From NCBI GenBank assembly GCA_027031765.1, contig JALVPN010000110.1, positions 1-30,979 on the forward strand: DNA of 30,979 nucleotides, given 5' to 3'. The notes below the pieces were generated by a model. The model saw only the letters and a list, made by a program, of their open reading frames with translations. It had not been told where the DNA came from and ran no database searches. Position 1 is the stretch's first letter; every line of letters begins with the position of its first letter. Both the position numbers and the translations under genes were made by a program. Below, piece after piece: positions 27,083-30,979 of this stretch. This DNA comes from Promethearchaeota archaeon (GTDB lineage Archaea; Asgardarchaeota; Thorarchaeia; Thorarchaeales; Thorarchaeaceae).

Positions 27083-28483
27083 ATGGAGTTCCGGCATCCA
27101 TACCTCCCACTGACACGGGCTGACGAACAGGAGATGCTCGAGGCAATCGGCCTCCAACACATTGACGACCTCTTCTCTAACATCCCGCACGAGTTCCGGC
27201 TCAACAGGGATCTCGACATCTGTCCGCCCCACACGGAACATGAGGTCTCAAAAAGAGTGCAGGAGCTCGCCTCAAAGAATGTCCCCATGGCCGATGGGCG
27301 GGCATTCATTGGTGCGGGCGTCGGTATCCACTACATCCCTGCTGTGGTGACCTCTCTCGCAAACCGTTCCGAGTTCGTAACTGCGTACACGAGTTACCAG
27401 CCAGAGGTGAGTCAGGGGATGTTGCAGACCCTATTCGAGTACCAGAGCCTGCTGGCCGAAATCCTCGCAATAGATGTTGTGAACTCATCCCTGTACGACA
27501 TGGCCACGGCAGTGGGCGAGGCCGCACGGATGTGTGCACGTGTGGTCAGGCGCCGCTCCAGGTTTCTCGTGCCCGGTACGATGAACCCTGAACACCGGGC
27601 GGTACTGGAAACGTATTGTCGACCTGCAGGCATGACTGTGGAGGCCATAGAGTATGACCGCAAGACCGGCCTCATGTCCATCTCTGACTTGGAGGGCCGA
27701 CTGGGTGAGGATGTTGCAGGTGTGTATGTTGAGAACCCGAGTTATCTGGGTTTCATAGAGTCGCAGGTCGATGAGATCAGTCGCCTAGCACATGAGGCTG
27801 GTGCGCTCTTGGTCGCAGGAGTCGACATACTCTCGCTCGGCCTATTGCGTCCCCCTGGTGAGTATGGTGCTGATATCGTGGTGGCTGAGGGTCAGGGGCT
27901 GGGCTCACCCCCTTCATTCGGGGGCCCGCTGCTCGGTGTCTTTGGCTGCAGGATGGAGCGCCGGCTCGTCTATCAGCTCCCTGGCCGTCTTGTGGGCATG
28001 ACGCGCACCGTTAAGGAGCCCTACGAACGTGGCTTCGTACTGACGTTGAGTCCCCGTGAGCAGCACATCAGGCGCGAGAAGGCCACAAGCAATATCTGTT
28101 CCAATCAGGCGCTGTCTGCCGTTACGGCAGCCATATACCTCTCTCTCCTCGGCCCCTCTGGCCTACAGACCGTTAGCGAAGCAATCGCATACAAGTCGGC
28201 ATATGCTGCACGTCGTCTTGACAGCCTTGCCGGTGTGCGGGCCCCTGCCATCGGGAATGCCATATGGAAGGAGTTTGTCGTGACGTTCACAGACGGCATC
28301 ACTGTGGAGTCTGTGCACCAGGGGCTACTGGAACGTGGCCTCCATGGTGGGAAGGCGCTCCATGAGGAGTTCCCATGGCTGGGCGAGTCGATGCTGCTCT
28401 CCGTGACCGAGGTGCATTCGAAAGAACAGATTGACCGGATGGCGGCAGCGGTCGGCGAGATTGTTGGTGCAGGGGGTGACTGA
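27083..28483 (+). CDS. gcvPA: Glycine dehydrogenase (decarboxylating) subunit 1
   Basis: HPYLP, EF.TAYTSYQPEVSQGMLQTLFEYQS, NSSLYD.ATA, FGGP.LG and REQHIRREKATSNICSNQAL. Start refined to 27083. Confidence 0.96.
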   Translation: MEFRHPYLPLTRADEQEMLEAIGLQHIDDLFSNIPHEFRLNRDLDICPPHTEHEVSKRVQELASKNVPMADGRAFIGAGVGIHYIPAVVTSLANRSEFVTAYTSYQPEVSQGMLQTLFEYQSLLAEILAIDVVNSSLYDMATAVGEAARMCARVVRRRSRFLVPGTMNPEHRAVLETYCRPAGMTVEAIEYDRKTGLMSISDLEGRLGEDVAGVYVENPSYLGFIESQVDEISRLAHEAGALLVAGVDILSLGLLRPPGEYGADIVVAEGQGLGSPPSFGGPLLGVFGCRMERRLVYQLPGRLVGMTRTVKEPYERGFVLTLSPREQHIRREKATSNICSNQALSAVTAAIYLSLLGPSGLQTVSEAIAYKSAYAARRLDSLAGVRAPAIGNAIWKEFVVTFTDGITVESVHQGLLERGLHGGKALHEEFPWLGESMLLSVTEVHSKEQIDRMAAAVGEIVGAGGD

Positions 28484-28486
28484 ACA

Positions 28487-30052
28487 GTGGTCGGACACAC
28501 GCTTGACCATGTGCGACAGGCGAAGTGGGACGAGCCCCTCATATTCGAACTCCATCGGCCGGGCATCGTGGGCCACCTGTTCCCCGGGGCTGAAGCATCT
28601 ATTGTTTCCGAGGTCGGCCCTCTTGACTCCTTGATACCGCCAGAGATGCGTCGTTCTAGTCCTCCTGCGCTGCCTGAGGTGTCGGAGCCACGCATTGTGC
28701 GCCATTTCACCCGCCTGTCCCAGATGAACTTCTCGGTGACATCCGGGACGTACCCGCTTGGGAGCTGTACAATGAAGTACAACCCTGCCGTGGACGAGTT
28801 CTGCGCAGCACTACCTGGTTTCGCCATGTTGCACCCCCTCCAGGACCCGGCGACAACACAGGGTGCTCTAGAACTAATGTGGGAGCTTGAACAGTGGCTG
28901 GCTGAGATTACCGGTATGGATGCCGTGACGCTACAGCCTGCTGCCGGGGCCCATGGTGAGTGGACCGGCGTGATGATGGTGCGTGCATATCACGAGCATG
29001 TTACTGGGGAGTCGGGGCAGCGCGACGAGATACTGATACCAGACTCTGCACACGGCACCAACCCCGCATCCGCCGCCATGGCGGGATACAAGGTCGTTGT
29101 CATCCCCTCGAGCGAGGAAGGACTGGTCGACCTTGACGCCCTCAAGAGTGTTGCCGGCCCTCACACTGCGGGGCTGATGTTGACCAACCCAAATACCATT
29201 GGCGTGTTCGAGAAGGACATCAAGGAGGTTGCGGGAGTTGTCCATGATGCCGGTGGTCTCCTCTACTACGATGGCGCGAACCTGAACGCCATCATGGGTG
29301 TGGTGCGTCCCGGCGACATGGGCTTCGACCTTGTGCATATCAACCTTCACAAGACGATGTCGACCCCACACGGCGGCGGCGGGCCCGGCGCCGGCCCCGT
29401 CGGGGTCAAGGAGGGCCTCGCTGAGTTCCTCCCGGTACCCCGGGTGACCCGGCGTGACGACGGCACCTTTGACCTGGACTACGACCACCCCAAATCCATT
29501 GGGAAGGTCAAGTCTTTCTACGGCAACTTCGGAGTGCTCGTACGCGCCTACGCCTACATCTATGCGCTTGGTGGCCCCGGTCTCAAGAGGACTTCGGAAC
29601 TGGCAGTGCTGAATGCCAACTATGTGGCCCACCATGTGAGCAGGATACCAGGTCTCTCACTGCCCTTCTCAAAGGACGTGCCAAGGATGCACGAGTGTGT
29701 AATCTCTGCCTCGGGACTGAAGGAGGAGACCGGAGTCACTGCTATGGACATTGCAAAGCGCCTCCTCGACTTCGGTGTACATGCACCTACCGTATACTTC
29801 CCCCTGATTGTGGACGAGGCACTCATGATTGAGCCCACAGAGTCTGAGACCCGTGAGGAACTCGACTATCTGATCGGCGTCCTGCAGGAGATATCAAGGG
29901 AGGCACACGAACAGCCTGATGTCGTCCGGGGGGCCCCTTACTACGCAGCCATCCGACGACTTGACGAGTACAGGGCCGCCCATCCAAAGACACTCACGCT
30001 GTCATGGCGTGCCTACCGAAGACAGCAGGAAAGGGCCGAGGGCCAGGACTAG
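28487..30052 (+). CDS. gcvPB: Glycine dehydrogenase (decarboxylating) subunit 2
   Basis: YPLGSCTMKYNP, LQPAAGAHGE, SAHGTNPASA, YYDGANLNA, HINLHKT (PLP Lys) and HGGGGPG. Confidence 0.97.
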   Translation: MVGHTLDHVRQAKWDEPLIFELHRPGIVGHLFPGAEASIVSEVGPLDSLIPPEMRRSSPPALPEVSEPRIVRHFTRLSQMNFSVTSGTYPLGSCTMKYNPAVDEFCAALPGFAMLHPLQDPATTQGALELMWELEQWLAEITGMDAVTLQPAAGAHGEWTGVMMVRAYHEHVTGESGQRDEILIPDSAHGTNPASAAMAGYKVVVIPSSEEGLVDLDALKSVAGPHTAGLMLTNPNTIGVFEKDIKEVAGVVHDAGGLLYYDGANLNAIMGVVRPGDMGFDLVHINLHKTMSTPHGGGGPGAGPVGVKEGLAEFLPVPRVTRRDDGTFDLDYDHPKSIGKVKSFYGNFGVLVRAYAYIYALGGPGLKRTSELAVLNANYVAHHVSRIPGLSLPFSKDVPRMHECVISASGLKEETGVTAMDIAKRLLDFGVHAPTVYFPLIVDEALMIEPTESETREELDYLIGVLQEISREAHEQPDVVRGAPYYAAIRRLDEYRAAHPKTLTLSWRAYRRQQERAEGQD

Positions 30053-30059
30053 GCCAGGG

Positions 30060-30473
30060 ATGCGTGAGGCCCCAGCCATGAGGGAGTCCAGTGGAGTCGC
30101 ATTCCAACGGACATATGATGTGTGTGGCCGTGGACTCGATGTTAGTGTCCAGAGCATTGGGGCCGACCTGCTGGTGGTCATCACAGGTGGTGACCGTCCT
30201 CACGTGGGCGCTACTGCGACCGCGTCGGTGATGAGGAGCCCGTTTCGTGACGGTCTGAGTACCAGTGTGAGTACGCACTCTGTCCCTGGTCACAAGGAAT
30301 ATGTCCTTGCAACACGGGTTGCAGAACGACTGGCCAGGTCACTGTCGCGCACGGTGACCGTGGTGGTGGGCATCCATATTGACCGGGCGACAAGTGAGCA
30401 GATCCGCGAGGTCGTGGACGTTGTGGACACGGTGGTCGACGACATCCTGGAACTATATGAAAATGCTGAATAG
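30060..30473 (+). CDS. LpdD-like / proteasome-assembly-chaperone-4-like fold protein
   Basis: IGADLLVVITGGDRPHVGA, PGHKE and VVVGIHID match the GG..PH.GA / GH.(D/E) / GIH pattern I associate with this family. Confidence 0.6.
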   Translation: MREAPAMRESSGVAFQRTYDVCGRGLDVSVQSIGADLLVVITGGDRPHVGATATASVMRSPFRDGLSTSVSTHSVPGHKEYVLATRVAERLARSLSRTVTVVVGIHIDRATSEQIREVVDVVDTVVDDILELYENAE

Positions 30474-30504
30474 CGGACTGGCAGTCCTTCACTTGGTGTC
30501 CGAC

Positions 30505-30780
30505 ATGCGTGTCCGTATCAAGTCATTTGGGCCACTGTACCGTGCACTGGGTGAGCGCGTCCTCGAGTTGTCAGTGCCAGAAGGCGCCACAGTGCGCCGT
30601 GTAATGGAACATCTGGCCGAGTCGAGAGGAGTCGGGCACTTGGTGTTTGAGGGCGACGGGCTCAGTGGCAACTTCATCATCATGCTGAACAGACGCGATG
30701 TCGACACTCTTCAGGGCGAGGACACACCAGTACACGATGGTGATGTGATTACAGTCCTCCCCCATGTACAGGGCGGGTGA
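30505..30780 (+). CDS. Ubiquitin-like MoaD/SAMP/Urm1-family protein
   Basis: 91 aa beta-grasp pattern: IMLNRRDV..LQG.DTPVHDGDVITVLPHVQGG with a terminal Gly-Gly. Confidence 0.9.
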   Translation: MRVRIKSFGPLYRALGERVLELSVPEGATVRRVMEHLAESRGVGHLVFEGDGLSGNFIIMLNRRDVDTLQGEDTPVHDGDVITVLPHVQGG

Positions 30781-30790
30781 GGGGGCGCGA

Positions 30791-30979
30791 GTGGCACGTC
30801 ACACCTTCTACCTTGAGACATATGGCTGTTCGCTCAACCAGGCCGACTCGGACATGATTGTCGGGCGGTTACACGGTCTGGGCCTGCAACGTGTGGGGAC
30901 TGTTGGCGAGGCGGACGTCGTTATTGTGAACACATGTGGTGTGAAGGAGCCAACTGAAGACAAGATTGTCCACCGTCTG
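30791..30979 (+). CDS. MiaB-like tRNA methylthiotransferase (MtaB type), 5' part only
   Basis: GTG start. Manual translation gives MARHTFYLETYGCSLNQADSDMI...ADVVIVNTCGVKEPTEDKI, the UPF0004 N-terminal domain. Runs off the window end. Confidence 0.88.
   Translation, partial: MARHTFYLETYGCSLNQADSDMIVGRLHGLGLQRVGTVGEADVVIVNTCGVKEPTEDKIVHRL

Noticed and set aside
1-30979. CRISPR arrays, transposases or long tandem repeats
   Set aside because: No regularly spaced repeats or transposase motifs were found by eye. Short or degenerate elements could have been missed.

Overview
A roughly 31 kb GC-rich archaeal chromosomal window, probably from an Asgard archaeon such as Thorarchaeia. That assignment is an inference from the ribophorin I homologue and the divergent archaeal 16S. 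From left to right it holds: the 3' third of a 16S rRNA with no tRNA-Ala or 23S downstream; a minus-strand deoC / tungsten-type AOR / PUA-PAPS-reductase-ferredoxin operon; a PRC-barrel gene; Hef helicase-nuclease; two winged-helix regulators; glmU plus a radical SAM gene; DUF2095; a stand-alone A/V-ATPase subunit B; DUF134; the NMD3-aIF1A-RIO1-KH(Dim2)-Topo VI B/A cluster; a GPT/AglH-type GlcNAc-1-P transferase divergent from a 996-aa ribophorin I-like protein; an HD hydrolase; an intron-containing tRNA-Gln(UUG) whose 5' end overlaps the trm112 stop codon; gcvPA/gcvPB; an LpdD/PAC4-like gene; a SAMP/Urm1-like ubiquitin-fold gene; and the start of mtaB. Three observations stand out. First, the ribophorin I-like protein carries a DOMON/CBM9-like domain with an FKBP-type prolyl isomerase domain inserted inside it, next to the first enzyme of lipid-linked glycan synthesis. 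Second, the near-universal 1405-1496 decoding-site pair of the 16S is swapped from G-C to A-U. Third, DeoC has a Cys4 C-terminal extension and is coupled to AOR. No CRISPR array, mobile element or intein was seen. All family calls come from motif recognition, not database searches.
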